In this document: one piece after another, positions 20,020 to 31,057 of the stretch
Layout of the letters: the number at the start of each line of letters is the position of its first letter
Numbering within the stretch: the stretch's first letter is position 1
Assembly: GCA_963704655.1 (NCBI GenBank)
Contig: OY969927.1
Coordinates: 800,001 to 864,000 of the forward strand
DNA length: 64,000 nt
DNA from: an uncultured Candidatus Babeliaceae bacterium
GTDB lineage: Bacteria > Babelota > Babeliae > Babelales > Babelaceae
Direction of reading: 5' to 3'
The notes under the pieces: model-generated
Database searches by the model: none
What the model was told of the DNA's origin: nothing
Seen by the model: the letters and a program-made list of their open reading frames with translations, nothing else
Position numbers and translations under genes: made by a program

Positions 20020-20877
20020 ATGAAAAAATTATTTTTTATTCTTTTATATCCACTTGCTCTGTGTGCGCGAGAAGAGGATGGCGCCCATGTTTTACAAGGC
20101 AACTTAGCCTTGCCAACTTCACAAGAACCGGCACCACTTTTTTGCTTTGGTCAATCAGTTATAGATAAACATGATATTCAAGCGTTTGTGTATATTAATA
20201 GCCTTTTGGGCAAAAAGACAGATTTTACCCAGATTATCCCGAATATTTTATATGGAGTCACTGACGAACTTACCATAACTGCAGGCGCGCCTATAGCGGC
20301 AAAGTTTAGGTACCATAATTACCAATCTTCAGGAATAGGTGATCTTTTTATTCAAGCAGAGTACGCGTTCTATAATAAAGACCGCCAAGACTATGCAAAC
20401 CAAGCAACAGTTGTTGCGAGCATGACATTCCCAACAGGATCTTTTAAAAAACAGCCACCAACAGGTTTTGGCTCACCAACATTTTTTCTGGGTGCAACAG
20501 CAAACCACATGAGTATCAATTGGTATATTTTTGGGTGCTTTGGCGGATTTCTTACAACACCGCACCATAGCGAGCAACTTCCTAATACATTGTTATATCA
20601 ATGGGGAATCGGCAAAAATATTCACTATGTTTCAGAAAAAAGAATTATCACATTACTTGTTGAGTTTTTTGGAAGCTACACTCAAGAAAGTAGAATTCGG
20701 GGCCCACTTTACAAAAACTTTGATGATAACAATTTCTTTATAGGCCCGTCTTTGTGGATCGCAACAGAACGCTTTATCTTTAACCCAGGAATAGCTTTTT
20801 CTTTATATAGCAAAAAGAATGATCAAAAAAGGGGAAGTTTTTTATTTTCTCTAGAGACCGGCTGGAAATTTAATTAG
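20020..20877 (+). CDS. Outer-membrane beta-barrel (MetA-pathway/transporter-like)
   Basis: Signal peptide, SGIGDLFIQAEY, TFPTGS, terminal ETGWKFN. Confidence 0.7.
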   Translation: MKKLFFILLYPLALCAREEDGAHVLQGNLALPTSQEPAPLFCFGQSVIDKHDIQAFVYINSLLGKKTDFTQIIPNILYGVTDELTITAGAPIAAKFRYHNYQSSGIGDLFIQAEYAFYNKDRQDYANQATVVASMTFPTGSFKKQPPTGFGSPTFFLGATANHMSINWYIFGCFGGFLTTPHHSEQLPNTLLYQWGIGKNIHYVSEKRIITLLVEFFGSYTQESRIRGPLYKNFDDNNFFIGPSLWIATERFIFNPGIAFSLYSKKNDQKRGSFLFSLETGWKFN

Positions 20878-21037
20878 CAAAATTATAGAATCAATAACAT
20901 ATATAATCAATAAACTAAACAAATTAATTAACTAATTATACTAAAATTATTGAAGGTACAAATTATTTTATAATTTATAAAAAAATGTATACTTTATTAT
21001 AAATTAAAGCATTTTTTTATAAATTAAAGAAAAAATT

Positions 21038-23650
21038 ATGAAAACCTATATAATTCTATTAGCAACTTTTTTTACCATAACTACTCACAGTATAGACTTC
21101 ACGAATCAAAAGCAAGATGCCGCTACGTCTGAAAACGCTAAATTGCATTATGCGGCACTCCAAAATGATTTAGAGAGTTTAGCAGCTGAACTAGAAGCAG
21201 GCACACCAATTGATTTAAGAGGGGAGCATGATTTCACAGCCTTACATCTTGCTTCAAAGGCTGGCCATACGGAGGCAATAAAAAAACTTATAGCACATGG
21301 TGCAGATAAAAATGCTCGCAATAAAAATGGAAATACCCCTTTACATTCTGCAGCGTATAATCAACAAGTACCAGCTATAAACATCCTTGTTGAAAATGGA
21401 GCATCGCTAGAGGCCACTAACAATGATGGGGATACGCCACTACATTCAGCAGCATGGAAAAATCAGTCTGCAGCAATAGAAGCCCTTGCAAAACATAATG
21501 CGCCGTTGAATGCAAAAAACAACGAAGGGGATACCCCGTTACATCTTGCAGCATGGAACAATTCCACAGACGCGCTTACTGTTCTTGCTGAAAAAGGCGC
21601 TGACCTTAAGGCATTAAACAATGATATCAATACACCTTTAGAACTTGCACAACAAAAAAACAATACCGTAGCAATTGACAGCATATCTACTCTTTTATCA
21701 AAAAAACAGATGGGTGATTCAGACAACCATCTACATACGATTTATGCAAAGGCACAAAAACTTACCCAAAAAATTGAAGAGAAAGCCGAAAATTTAAAAG
21801 CCATTTTAACTGATTACCAAACAGAAGAAGTTGCCTGTTATGAAATTGAAAGATGCATACGAACCCTTAAAGGGCTAGAACAAAACGGCGCATACTTACA
21901 GAATAATAATAAAAAAATTACATCAACAGCTGTGATGTTGCCAAGCAATCTACCACTGTATTCTTTAGTGGTATTTGGACTTATACCGTCATTGCTAAGC
22001 CAACAAAACTACGTTAGACCAAATTCTCTTTTACAAGAATTAAATATTATTTCAAGAATTGCAGATGAGCTAGAATTAGAGACATTATTTCCAGATGTAA
22101 CAATATTAAACACGGATCATGCGGGATTTAAACCTTATATCAAAAATGCTGATTTAGTAATATTTACAGGAAATCCCTCAAATGCAGAAAACCATATCCG
22201 CGAAATGAAAGAAGGTTCTGTTCTTGCTTTAAATGGATCCGGGCATAACCCTGTTGTAGTAACAGAATCTGCAGATATCGAAAAAGCAGTTGAGGGCACG
22301 TTACTATTAAAAGGATTTAATGGTGGCCAAGATTGCGCGGGGCCAGACGCAATTTTAGTACATCACAATGTAGCTGAAGAATTTATAGAAAAGTTTGTTA
22401 AACGCTTTTCTTCATTAAAAACAGGCTCATTTAAAGACCCAAAAACTATCATAGGCGCAATTCATAGATTAAGTGAATTACAAAAATTTGCGCAAATATT
22501 TCATAGCAATAATAAAGATATCATCTCTGGAGGTATTATTGATTTTAAAAATAGCATAGTATCACCTACAACTATAGTCAGAGGAATTGAGCGCTACCCT
22601 AACTATAAAGAGATGTTCGGCCCTGTAGCCTTTATACACCCCTATAAAAAGGATGGGGATCTTTCATATTATTTTCAGGATGTAAGTGGTGAATACGGTG
22701 CACATCGTATGTATGTTACCTTATATGGTAAAAGCGACTACGTGCTATCAAAAGATGACTCTATTAACCCTAATTACTCAGATAACATTGGAATAGTATT
22801 ACAAGATCAAACAATTCATGACGTTGAGATTGGATATAAACCATATGGTGGTTATAGCTTAGGAGCATCTGCTATAATAAAAAAAACAGCTCAAGGGCTA
22901 CAAAAGGTTGCAATGCCCATTTTACTTCCTGAGATTATTTCTGAATACTTAATTAAAAATAAAGATTTACCTACCCAGGCAAAAGTTAAAAATGTTAATG
23001 AATCAAAGCCATCAGCATCCACAAAACGTGATAAAGAAATTGAGCCAGTAATAGAATTATTCAAAGAAATAGCTACTCAATCATTCAAAGACAATCTGAA
23101 ATTCGGCTTTATTTTTGGTAGTGCGGCAAAAGGGAAATTAAAAGTAAATGGCCCAGACAGAGACGATCTTGATACTTTTATTTGCCTTAATGAGGATGAC
23201 CCACAGGCCATACATAGTTATAAAATTCTATTGGCAAGTCTGCATAGAAAGTTTAATCTAAAACTAGATGATGCATTTCCTACAGAAATTATAACATTAA
23301 AAAGCCTAGAAGAAACATTAGATTCTCTTGATAAAATCACTATCGATATAGATAAAGTCGTTACAGGAAAAGAATTTGATGAGATATTTTGGACACACGC
23401 TTTAACAGATAAAAAGGTTGGGTTTGTTGGTGACGGCAAAAAAATGTCATCTTTGATTAAAAAAGGAACCCCTTATATTCATACATGGCGTAATCAGATT
23501 ATTGAGCAATTAGAAAAGAAAAATTCATTGCCTTCACACATTCAACAAAAATTTTCTGGTTTATCAAAAAATGATGCCATCAAAAAATTACAATCCCACA
23601 ACCCTCATTTGGTGGTACATTTAGGTTTACACTATGATGACAAACAATAA
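21038..23650 (+). CDS. Fusion: signal peptide, ankyrin repeats, aldehyde-dehydrogenase-like domain, nucleotidyltransferase-like domain
   Basis: GxTPLH repeats; FTGN, GSGHNPVVV, FNGGQDCAGP, EMFGPV, PYGGY; FIFGSAAKG...DDLDTF. Confidence 0.85.
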   Translation: MKTYIILLATFFTITTHSIDFTNQKQDAATSENAKLHYAALQNDLESLAAELEAGTPIDLRGEHDFTALHLASKAGHTEAIKKLIAHGADKNARNKNGNTPLHSAAYNQQVPAINILVENGASLEATNNDGDTPLHSAAWKNQSAAIEALAKHNAPLNAKNNEGDTPLHLAAWNNSTDALTVLAEKGADLKALNNDINTPLELAQQKNNTVAIDSISTLLSKKQMGDSDNHLHTIYAKAQKLTQKIEEKAENLKAILTDYQTEEVACYEIERCIRTLKGLEQNGAYLQNNNKKITSTAVMLPSNLPLYSLVVFGLIPSLLSQQNYVRPNSLLQELNIISRIADELELETLFPDVTILNTDHAGFKPYIKNADLVIFTGNPSNAENHIREMKEGSVLALNGSGHNPVVVTESADIEKAVEGTLLLKGFNGGQDCAGPDAILVHHNVAEEFIEKFVKRFSSLKTGSFKDPKTIIGAIHRLSELQKFAQIFHSNNKDIISGGIIDFKNSIVSPTTIVRGIERYPNYKEMFGPVAFIHPYKKDGDLSYYFQDVSGEYGAHRMYVTLYGKSDYVLSKDDSINPNYSDNIGIVLQDQTIHDVEIGYKPYGGYSLGASAIIKKTAQGLQKVAMPILLPEIISEYLIKNKDLPTQAKVKNVNESKPSASTKRDKEIEPVIELFKEIATQSFKDNLKFGFIFGSAAKGKLKVNGPDRDDLDTFICLNEDDPQAIHSYKILLASLHRKFNLKLDDAFPTEIITLKSLEETLDSLDKITIDIDKVVTGKEFDEIFWTHALTDKKVGFVGDGKKMSSLIKKGTPYIHTWRNQIIEQLEKKNSLPSHIQQKFSGLSKNDAIKKLQSHNPHLVVHLGLHYDDKQ

Positions 23651-24182
23651 TATAAAAAACATCACTCTTTCCGACAATACAGTTCTTACAATATCAAAAG
23701 CATCTATTGAAGATGCTTCTGATATTGTGAATTTTCTTAATGAAGTTGCTGGTGAAACGGATTTTTTAACATTCGGTTTTAATGATTTTTTTATCACACC
23801 AACTGAAGAAAAAAAAATAATCAAAAGTTGTTTAGAGAAAAATATATCACTCATGTTGGTAGGGAAACTAGATAATAACATTATTTCGCAACTATTTTTG
23901 CAACGTTCAGATAAAGCGCGATTGTGGCATTTTGGAGAAATAAACATAACGGTGAGCAAAGAACATTGGGGCAAATCAATAGGCCGACACATGTTAGCAG
24001 CTGCAATTGAATGGGCGCTAAATAACAATATTAGCAAACTGCAACTTCAAGTCCGCACAGATAATACACGTGCAATATCTTTATATCAAAAGTTAGGTTT
24101 TGTTATAGAAGGCAAAATTACTCGTTCTATCAAAATAAATAGTATCTACTTTAATGACTATATAATGGGTTTACAGCTTTAG
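23634..24182 (+). CDS. GNAT family N-acetyltransferase
   Basis: HWGKSIGRHML, LQVRTDNTRAISLYQKLGFVIEG. Confidence 0.9.
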   Translation: MMTNNNIKNITLSDNTVLTISKASIEDASDIVNFLNEVAGETDFLTFGFNDFFITPTEEKKIIKSCLEKNISLMLVGKLDNNIISQLFLQRSDKARLWHFGEINITVSKEHWGKSIGRHMLAAAIEWALNNNISKLQLQVRTDNTRAISLYQKLGFVIEGKITRSIKINSIYFNDYIMGLQL

Positions 24183-24196
24183 CTTAGACTAAACTT

Positions 24197-24904
24197 TTAT
24201 GAAACTAACCAATTAGTTTGCAACCATGAAAGGCGTTCGTGCGCTATATAATCCTGATTTCCTAACACAGCATCTTTAAGCCACGTAAAAGAACCTAAGC
24301 CTGTAACTCCACCAACGCCTGCAAGAACTGCAGCTGTACAAAAAAATTGCGCTGGATCAACAAATGGCAATTCCCAACAGCGACGTATATATCCAACACA
24401 TTCTTCTGCCTCAATCGTAGGGCACCAAAATCGTGGATAACGAATGTCGCAGATTTTGCATGTAGAGCCATGAAAAATATCTACTCTAAACCCTTCAGCT
24501 TCTAAAACTTGTTTTGCTTGCATAAAATTTTTTCTTTCATTTAAAAGGAGACTAAAAAGAAAAAATGCAACACTACTAGCAGCGACAGAATAAAGTGAGT
24601 ATTTTAAGGCATCTTGACGAGTTACCCTTTTTTTAGCTAACTCAGTGATTTCTTTTGCAAGAAATTCACATAGTTGATTATCAAAATCCTGAATTAAAAG
24701 ACCCTCTTGCGCAACACGCGTACGGGCATGATTTACAGCGTTCAGCAAAGCATCTTGGGCATGAGCATCATTAAGATCCCTATCACGGGCAATATGTATA
24801 AGCTCTTCCTGAAGACTATCTAAAATTACCGATAAATTTGTAGAATGAACCGGTAAATAAATTAAGCTAAAAAAAATCGCATACCAAAATAATTTAAATT
24901 TCAT
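24197..24904 (-). CDS. Hypothetical membrane protein (signal peptide and two TM helices)
   Basis: Likely start MKFKLFWY; two hydrophobic segments. Confidence 0.6.
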   Translation of the reverse strand: MKFKLFWYAIFFSLIYLPVHSTNLSVILDSLQEELIHIARDRDLNDAHAQDALLNAVNHARTRVAQEGLLIQDFDNQLCEFLAKEITELAKKRVTRQDALKYSLYSVAASSVAFFLFSLLLNERKNFMQAKQVLEAEGFRVDIFHGSTCKICDIRYPRFWCPTIEAEECVGYIRRCWELPFVDPAQFFCTAAVLAGVGGVTGLGSFTWLKDAVLGNQDYIAHERLSWLQTNWLVS

Positions 24905-25100
24905 AAATAACTCGCAATAGTTCACTTTATATTTTTTAAATATACAGTAACAGATAAATAAGCTCAATGCATTTGTCAATTCACTTAAAAACCAATAGCG
25001 CATCATTGCCGTATCCTTGACTTATCAAACTATATACATGTATACAAACAATTAAGCTCGTTATTATTTTTTCAATAACAAAAAAATATGGAATAACACT

Positions 25101-26684
25101 ATGGTCTCTATAAAATATTTTTTTCTCGCCGCACTTAATAAAATTGTTGTTCTAAGTGCACTTATAGCATTTATGAAAATACCTGTGTTGGGTATGTACA
25201 GTTGTACCTATACCTGTACCACAAACCCATTAGCAGAAATCTATCCTAATCAAAATATGTGCGTATTACTTGATATGATACCGCCAGCATTAAAGGGGTT
25301 ATCCTACGCTATGTATCCCAACTGCGATATCTATAATACAAACCGCTTTGGGTTTAATAAACGGTTTAACTTTTTTCCAGAAGCTATTATAGTGCCCACA
25401 ACAGAAAACGAATTAATTTATACATTCACAACACTTGTTGCAAATGATTTGCCATTTTCTGTACGTTCGGGCGGCCACTGCTATGGCCCAGGGTCATTAT
25501 CAAATAACTATATTATTGATTTACGCAACTTTAATAGCATCATTACAAATACGCAAACCAGCCAAGTATATCTTGGTGCCGGCTGCAAATTAGGCAATGT
25601 TATTACCGCTTTAGGTAATATCAATTACGCTATTCCAACGGGAACATGTCCATCAGTTGGTGTAACTGGTTTATCACTTGGCGGTGGAATAGGCTACCTA
25701 GCGCGCCAATATGGTTTAACCTGTGACTCAATTGTAAATATCCGTCTTCTTACTGCCCAGGGTGATATTATAGTAGTTGATGCACAAAGTGACCCTGATT
25801 TATTTTGGGCATTATGCGGAGCGGGAGCAAACTCGTTTGGCATAGTTTTAGGATTTACCTTTAACATGTACTATATACCTGAAGTAAGTCTTGTTTCTTT
25901 GCGATGGGATTGGGACCCTGCACTTGCAGCACAAATTTTTAATGCATGGCAAGCATGGATAGCAACATTACCAGAATCTATAACATCTGAGTGTGCTCTT
26001 ACCTATAGAAACGGAAACTCACGGATCACAATCAATGCATTAAAAGTAGGATCAGAGCCATTAACAGAGTGGCAAAGTGTTTTCAGCCAATTTAATCCTA
26101 TGGTTGAGATTAACTACCAAGGCAACTATTTAAACGCTGCAAATAAAATCTCTTCAACGCCAACGCCACCTTTTTCAAAAGTAAAAACTAAATTTCTCTT
26201 TGAACCATTACCACAAGCCGGTCTTCAAGTACTAACCAATTTCTTCAGTCAATTACAACAGAACCCCTGCAATATCCGTGTAAACTTTATCTTTGGAGCA
26301 GCCTTGGGCGGGGCAATTTCACAACCTAATCCAAATAGTTCATATTTCCCACGTAATGCCTTTGCATATCTTTTTGAATTCGCCTATTGGTTCTATGAAA
26401 ATCAATCAGTTCAAACAATAAATTTACTCCGTCAAATTTATCTTGACCTTGAACCGTATACCTCACCATACAGCTATTCAAATTTAGTTGATTATGAACT
26501 TGGAGCAAGTTACTTAAATGCCTATTATGGAAGCAACGTTAACAGACTTATTCAAGTTAAAAATATATACGATCCAACCAATATCTTCACCTGGAAACAA
26601 GGCATACCGCTTACCTATATTCCACAATCAAATCTTAACCAAGTAATTCAACAAAAATATTGTCCGAGGTTTATTCCAATTTAA
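25101..26684 (+). CDS. FAD-linked oxidase, berberine-bridge-enzyme-like
   Basis: VRSGGHCY, PTGTCPSVGVTGLSLGGG, C-terminal YYGSNVNRLIQVKNIYDPTNIF. Confidence 0.9.
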   Translation: MVSIKYFFLAALNKIVVLSALIAFMKIPVLGMYSCTYTCTTNPLAEIYPNQNMCVLLDMIPPALKGLSYAMYPNCDIYNTNRFGFNKRFNFFPEAIIVPTTENELIYTFTTLVANDLPFSVRSGGHCYGPGSLSNNYIIDLRNFNSIITNTQTSQVYLGAGCKLGNVITALGNINYAIPTGTCPSVGVTGLSLGGGIGYLARQYGLTCDSIVNIRLLTAQGDIIVVDAQSDPDLFWALCGAGANSFGIVLGFTFNMYYIPEVSLVSLRWDWDPALAAQIFNAWQAWIATLPESITSECALTYRNGNSRITINALKVGSEPLTEWQSVFSQFNPMVEINYQGNYLNAANKISSTPTPPFSKVKTKFLFEPLPQAGLQVLTNFFSQLQQNPCNIRVNFIFGAALGGAISQPNPNSSYFPRNAFAYLFEFAYWFYENQSVQTINLLRQIYLDLEPYTSPYSYSNLVDYELGASYLNAYYGSNVNRLIQVKNIYDPTNIFTWKQGIPLTYIPQSNLNQVIQQKYCPRFIPI

Positions 26685-26689
26685 GTAAC

Positions 26690-26726
26690 AAAAAAAAGAT
26701 CGCTCCAGTTGGAGCGATCTTTTTTT
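26690..26726. terminator. Bidirectional intrinsic terminator
   Basis: aaaaaaagatcgctcca-gt-tggagcgatctttttt between convergent genes. Confidence 0.85.
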
Positions 26727-26746
26727 ATATAATTACTCTATAAATC

Positions 26747-28192
26747 TTAATAACTCAAGCCAAGTTTACCCCAAACAGACCATTGGGATAACGTATTACA
26801 ATCGGCAAACTCATAACCGCCGCCAAAGCCGATAAGAAATGGACAACAGACATCATTGTCATTATAAGAGACGGCGCCATAAATGCCATTAACGAGTGCT
26901 TGTGGCTGTGCGCCAGATGAAAAATTTAATAGCGTCGAAGGAGTAAACACCGCATCGCTGGGAGCAATGTTTGGGCCAATCGCAGATTCAGTGATATTTG
27001 CCATGCTCGCAGAAACTGGGTTGCTACTCACTGCACCAGCGATATCATATATTCCTGTATTTGGTGGAAATTGGTTATTACCACATATTTTATCGCAAGC
27101 GCGCCACCAAAGGTTATACCCAGCTTCTATATTCCATTGGCACACTTCATAATGCAATGCAAACCATAACTCGATCTGAGAACGTGGAGTTACCGTTACA
27201 GGAAACGTTGCCGTGTTAATGCCGGGCATTGAAAGACTCGTAGTATCACCATTCACCACCAATAAATAACGGGACCAATCGCCATTGGCACATAGATCAA
27301 ATGACCGTCTTTCACATCCAGAAAAAAGATAACGATATTTAGTATCAAGCATAAAGTTAAACTGCGAATAAGTATTTTTATAAAGTTTAAAATCGGCATT
27401 AATACCTACGCCAAATGCGCCATGCTTAGTACCTACCAATGGCTCAAAGATATATTTGGAAATTGGGCGATTACCCGTTGGTATAGAGCCAACAAGATAC
27501 AACCCGATATGACTTTGGTCATCACAAAAAAACCAATTGTCGCCTAATTTAAGTTGAATATCATCAACGCCGGTCTGTTTTAATGGGCAGGTACTAAATA
27601 ACCCTGCCGTCCATGCTGGGTTATTTAGTGCTTGTATACCGGTTGTAATCCCCGACACCGTTCCATATGCCATGTCACCTGTTAATGCTTCACAAACATT
27701 TAAACTATGCTTTGCTTGAAATGCTGCAAAAGATACAGACAACCAGATATTTCTCAAGAGCCAATGTGCATCTGGCAGCCAACGCGACATATCAAACCGC
27801 GCATAAAAATAACCACCAGTTGCCTTACGCACTGGTGCAATTGAAAGCATTGAACTAAAAAAAAGTCCCGGTGCAGCTGCAAGATTAAGCCATAAAGAAC
27901 CTACATTACCAGAGCCGTCCTCTTGAATATTTAAGTTACACGCATTTTGTGGCAAAAAATAACGGGCCATTGCGCTCGTATTATCTGATTGCGTATAAAA
28001 GGGTGTCACATAAAAAGAAAATCCTGTGCGATCATCATTCTCATGATGATAAATATGATAGTTATCTAACGCAAGTTCATACGTGGCATTATGAGTAATA
28101 GATCGTGGGATAAGAATAGAATGGCTCTGCGCGTAACTCGTACAAAAAAAGATGCTGGGTACTGCAAAAATTCCTGCATAAAAATGTTTCAT
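26747..28192 (-). CDS. Outer-membrane beta-barrel-like protein, paralog of 1..605
   Basis: Signal peptide from MKHFYAG; terminal WSVWGKLGLSY. Confidence 0.72.
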   Translation of the reverse strand: MKHFYAGIFAVPSIFFCTSYAQSHSILIPRSITHNATYELALDNYHIYHHENDDRTGFSFYVTPFYTQSDNTSAMARYFLPQNACNLNIQEDGSGNVGSLWLNLAAAPGLFFSSMLSIAPVRKATGGYFYARFDMSRWLPDAHWLLRNIWLSVSFAAFQAKHSLNVCEALTGDMAYGTVSGITTGIQALNNPAWTAGLFSTCPLKQTGVDDIQLKLGDNWFFCDDQSHIGLYLVGSIPTGNRPISKYIFEPLVGTKHGAFGVGINADFKLYKNTYSQFNFMLDTKYRYLFSGCERRSFDLCANGDWSRYLLVVNGDTTSLSMPGINTATFPVTVTPRSQIELWFALHYEVCQWNIEAGYNLWWRACDKICGNNQFPPNTGIYDIAGAVSSNPVSASMANITESAIGPNIAPSDAVFTPSTLLNFSSGAQPQALVNGIYGAVSYNDNDVCCPFLIGFGGGYEFADCNTLSQWSVWGKLGLSY

Positions 28193-28297
28193 AATTTTTT
28201 TTCCCTTTGAAAAAACATATACATTCTTAGTGCAACGTAGCATAAGCAACAAAAAAATCACAAGAACCATCAATTAGAATTTGATAAATCTGGGCAT

Positions 28298-28328
28298 AAA
28301 AAAAGGGGGCAGAATTTTGCCCCCTTTT
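28298..28328 (-). terminator. Intrinsic terminator
   Basis: aaaagggggca-gaattt-tgccccctttt. Confidence 0.7.
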
Positions 28329-28353
28329 AATTACTTATTATATATTTTGAGAA

Positions 28354-28701
28354 TTACTCACTCTCTTGCTCGTCGCTACATTCTTCTGAAGTAGTAATTA
28401 CACCCGCAAATGCTGCAAGATTTTCTGCACCAATTAACGCTTGTAACGCATCTATAGAAGCTTGGTCAACAGGATCTCCAGAAGTATCGGCTTTTATACC
28501 ATTAATAACCTCATTGAGAGCTGCATCAGCTGCTGCCGGGGTTGAATCAATACTACCATTAATAATGTCGCGCAAACATGCTTGATCATTTTCTTCAAGT
28601 TTTCCTTCAAGATAATTATTAAACCAATCTTGTGGTGCAATAGCTTGTAATGCTGACGCTGATAAAACAGCAGCAGCAATTATTAATACATTATTTTTCA
28701 T
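28354..28701 (-). CDS. Small acidic secreted protein
   Basis: Signal peptide ending SALQA; Asp/Glu-rich. Confidence 0.75.
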   Translation of the reverse strand: MKNNVLIIAAAVLSASALQAIAPQDWFNNYLEGKLEENDQACLRDIINGSIDSTPAAADAALNEVINGIKADTSGDPVDQASIDALQALIGAENLAAFAGVITTSEECSDEQESE

Positions 28702-28734
28702 ATTATTTTCCTTTTTTTACTTTAAATTAGTTAA

Positions 28735-29046
28735 TTATTTAGCAGGTTTGACTACAGGTTTTGATGGTATTGCAGCACCAGATCGAGCTCCACGCCATTC
28801 TCCTTGACCTTTTTTGCCGCGCCATCCCTGTTTTCCGCCTTTTTCTTGTGGTGCGTTAGCTCTATGATAACTACGTAATCCACGTCCTTGACGTTTGCCG
28901 CCTTTATAACCACGACCTTCACGTGATTGCTCGCCTTGACGAGATTCACCACGTTTACCGCCGCGACCATCTGCCATTAAACTATATTCAGTTGACAATG
29001 CAAGGCCTAAACCAAGCGCCAACAGAAGAATTCTCTTATATTCCAT
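28735..29046 (-). CDS. Small very basic RG/GK-rich secreted protein
   Basis: Signal peptide followed by RGGKRG-type low-complexity sequence; GGGAG RBS. Confidence 0.7.
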   Translation of the reverse strand: MEYKRILLLALGLGLALSTEYSLMADGRGGKRGESRQGEQSREGRGYKGGKRQGRGLRSYHRANAPQEKGGKQGWRGKKGQGEWRGARSGAAIPSKPVVKPAK

Positions 29047-29176
29047 AAAAAACTCCCTATTTTTTGGTTATTTTACACTATATTTATATATATAAGCGTA
29101 CAACTTTTTGACCAAAAAAAGCAAGATATTGAGGTTTTTAGCCTCAATATCTTGAAAAAACAGGAGATTATTAACG

Positions 29177-31057
29177 TTAAAAAAGAAATACAAAACCAAG
29201 TTTTAAGGTATTTGCGACAAAGTTTTTTCGAATTTCTGCATCGTAGCGGCCAAATGTGGTAAATCCATGAGCGCATTGCACATCAAGACTGGCTCCCACA
29301 ATCCCGCGATTTCCAATGGCATATTTAGCATTCACAGCAAAACAACCATCTAGGTCCTGAAGTCTGGCCATAATAACACGGTTATCCAATGCAACATCAC
29401 ATGCCCATGCCGCATGAATATTTGGCACCAAACAAACACGTGGCAGTTCAAAAGAACCCATGAATTCAGCGCCCACATACGCACGAAGCGTACCGGCCTT
29501 AAATTCACCAACTACTAAATCTAAACTGTCTGCGCCATACTCTTGAAAAGGCTTTTGCGTATTTGCAAAATAAGAAACCCGTGCCAACGGGATAAAAGAC
29601 CAATTGTTATGTTCAAGATCAAAACCAACTTGCACACGTGCTTCAAGATCGTTACCTTTTTGATTACTGTGTGCACAACGATAGAGTCCAGAAAAACTGT
29701 CAATCGCATTAAACACTATAGAGCGCCGCGCTGAACCCCAACGCCAGCCACCGCTGAGTACGCCATCAATAAAAAAACATGATGGAGCATAATGCATGTA
29801 AGCACCAAGCTTAAGATCCCCATCGAGTGCGCTGCCACCACCATTGTCCCACTTAATGGAATCATACAAACCACCTACAGCGGCACCAACTGTCAGATTA
29901 TTACAAGGTTGCCAATCAGCAGCACATACGATACCGCCAGTGCTATAATCAAAACCTGAAAGACAATGTTGTTTTTTATTCTCACCACATTCGCCTATGC
30001 CATAAATCCAAAGGCGCGGCCAAAGGCGCGGCGCACCACTGCAGCCTCCGCAACAAGAATCGTCACCGCAGCAACAGGTATACATATGCTGTTCCAACAA
30101 TGCATTACTAAAAAGAAGCCCACTGCGCATGGCAACAAACAAAAGGGCCTCGTATCTATCGGGGCTCATGCTACGCAAAGCTTGACGGAAATAACAGGTA
30201 TATAAATCTTGATTTGTATTAACTGCGGGGTTGTTCCAATTCAGATAATCAAGATCGGTATACACTGTGTATAAATCGCTATACGTTACAGGAATAAATT
30301 GGTCCAAGTAGTTAGCAACCTGCTGCGCATTTCCACTGCCTGCCATCGGTTCATAAAGCAATGCCTGCACACCTATAGGTTGATCGTGATAACGGTTGCC
30401 CAAGGCATAAATATAATCGGGAAAATAATCTGTACCATTAAAATCTGCAATTACGCGAACCTGCTCTGCGCCTCCAAATCCCCAATAAAAGCCAGGCGGT
30501 GGCGTTCCTGTCCAAATAGGCCCAGCAATTCCTGTCCATAGCCCATATTTTGGACCTAATTGTTGGTCAGTAGTCGGTGAAATAGGAATATCAACGCTCA
30601 CAATAGTATCTGGAACAGTGGGCAAAGCAAAACGGTCCCGAAGCTGTGCAGCGGTTAGTCCACGCACATCCTGAGAATACATCATCCATGCGCCATTCTT
30701 GGTACTGCCTGCGGCAGCAGTATATACACGCACAAGATGCACCATATTTGGGTTTATTTGAGTAATCTGGGTACCATTGTCAAATGGGTCTGTCACTCCA
30801 GGAATCTCATTTGTGTCCCATTGAGCACAGATATAATTTACACCCGCAACTGGAGTAGGTGCCGGGGGAAGTACAGGAGGCGGTGTGCCATTTGCGGTCC
30901 ATAATCTGGCTAAATAACCAGGGGGCTGCACTAAATCTTGCCACGGCTCGGCCAATACCTGAGTAGAAAACAGCAACCCACCAATTGCAATGAGCACTAC
31001 AGCAACAGGAAAAAATACTGCTGCTATAAGAAGTCTCATGTTTTTGAAATTCGTCAT
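29177..31057 (-). CDS. Autotransporter with a short toxin-like (TNT/ART-like) passenger
   Basis: Signal peptide; barrel motifs GFDYSTGGIV, FQEYGADSLDL and terminal LKLGFVFLF; passenger VRVY..GAW..RFALP..GIAGP..GGAEQ. Confidence 0.8.
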   Translation of the reverse strand: MTNFKNMRLLIAAVFFPVAVVLIAIGGLLFSTQVLAEPWQDLVQPPGYLARLWTANGTPPPVLPPAPTPVAGVNYICAQWDTNEIPGVTDPFDNGTQITQINPNMVHLVRVYTAAAGSTKNGAWMMYSQDVRGLTAAQLRDRFALPTVPDTIVSVDIPISPTTDQQLGPKYGLWTGIAGPIWTGTPPPGFYWGFGGAEQVRVIADFNGTDYFPDYIYALGNRYHDQPIGVQALLYEPMAGSGNAQQVANYLDQFIPVTYSDLYTVYTDLDYLNWNNPAVNTNQDLYTCYFRQALRSMSPDRYEALLFVAMRSGLLFSNALLEQHMYTCCCGDDSCCGGCSGAPRLWPRLWIYGIGECGENKKQHCLSGFDYSTGGIVCAADWQPCNNLTVGAAVGGLYDSIKWDNGGGSALDGDLKLGAYMHYAPSCFFIDGVLSGGWRWGSARRSIVFNAIDSFSGLYRCAHSNQKGNDLEARVQVGFDLEHNNWSFIPLARVSYFANTQKPFQEYGADSLDLVVGEFKAGTLRAYVGAEFMGSFELPRVCLVPNIHAAWACDVALDNRVIMARLQDLDGCFAVNAKYAIGNRGIVGASLDVQCAHGFTTFGRYDAEIRKNFVANTLKLGFVFLF

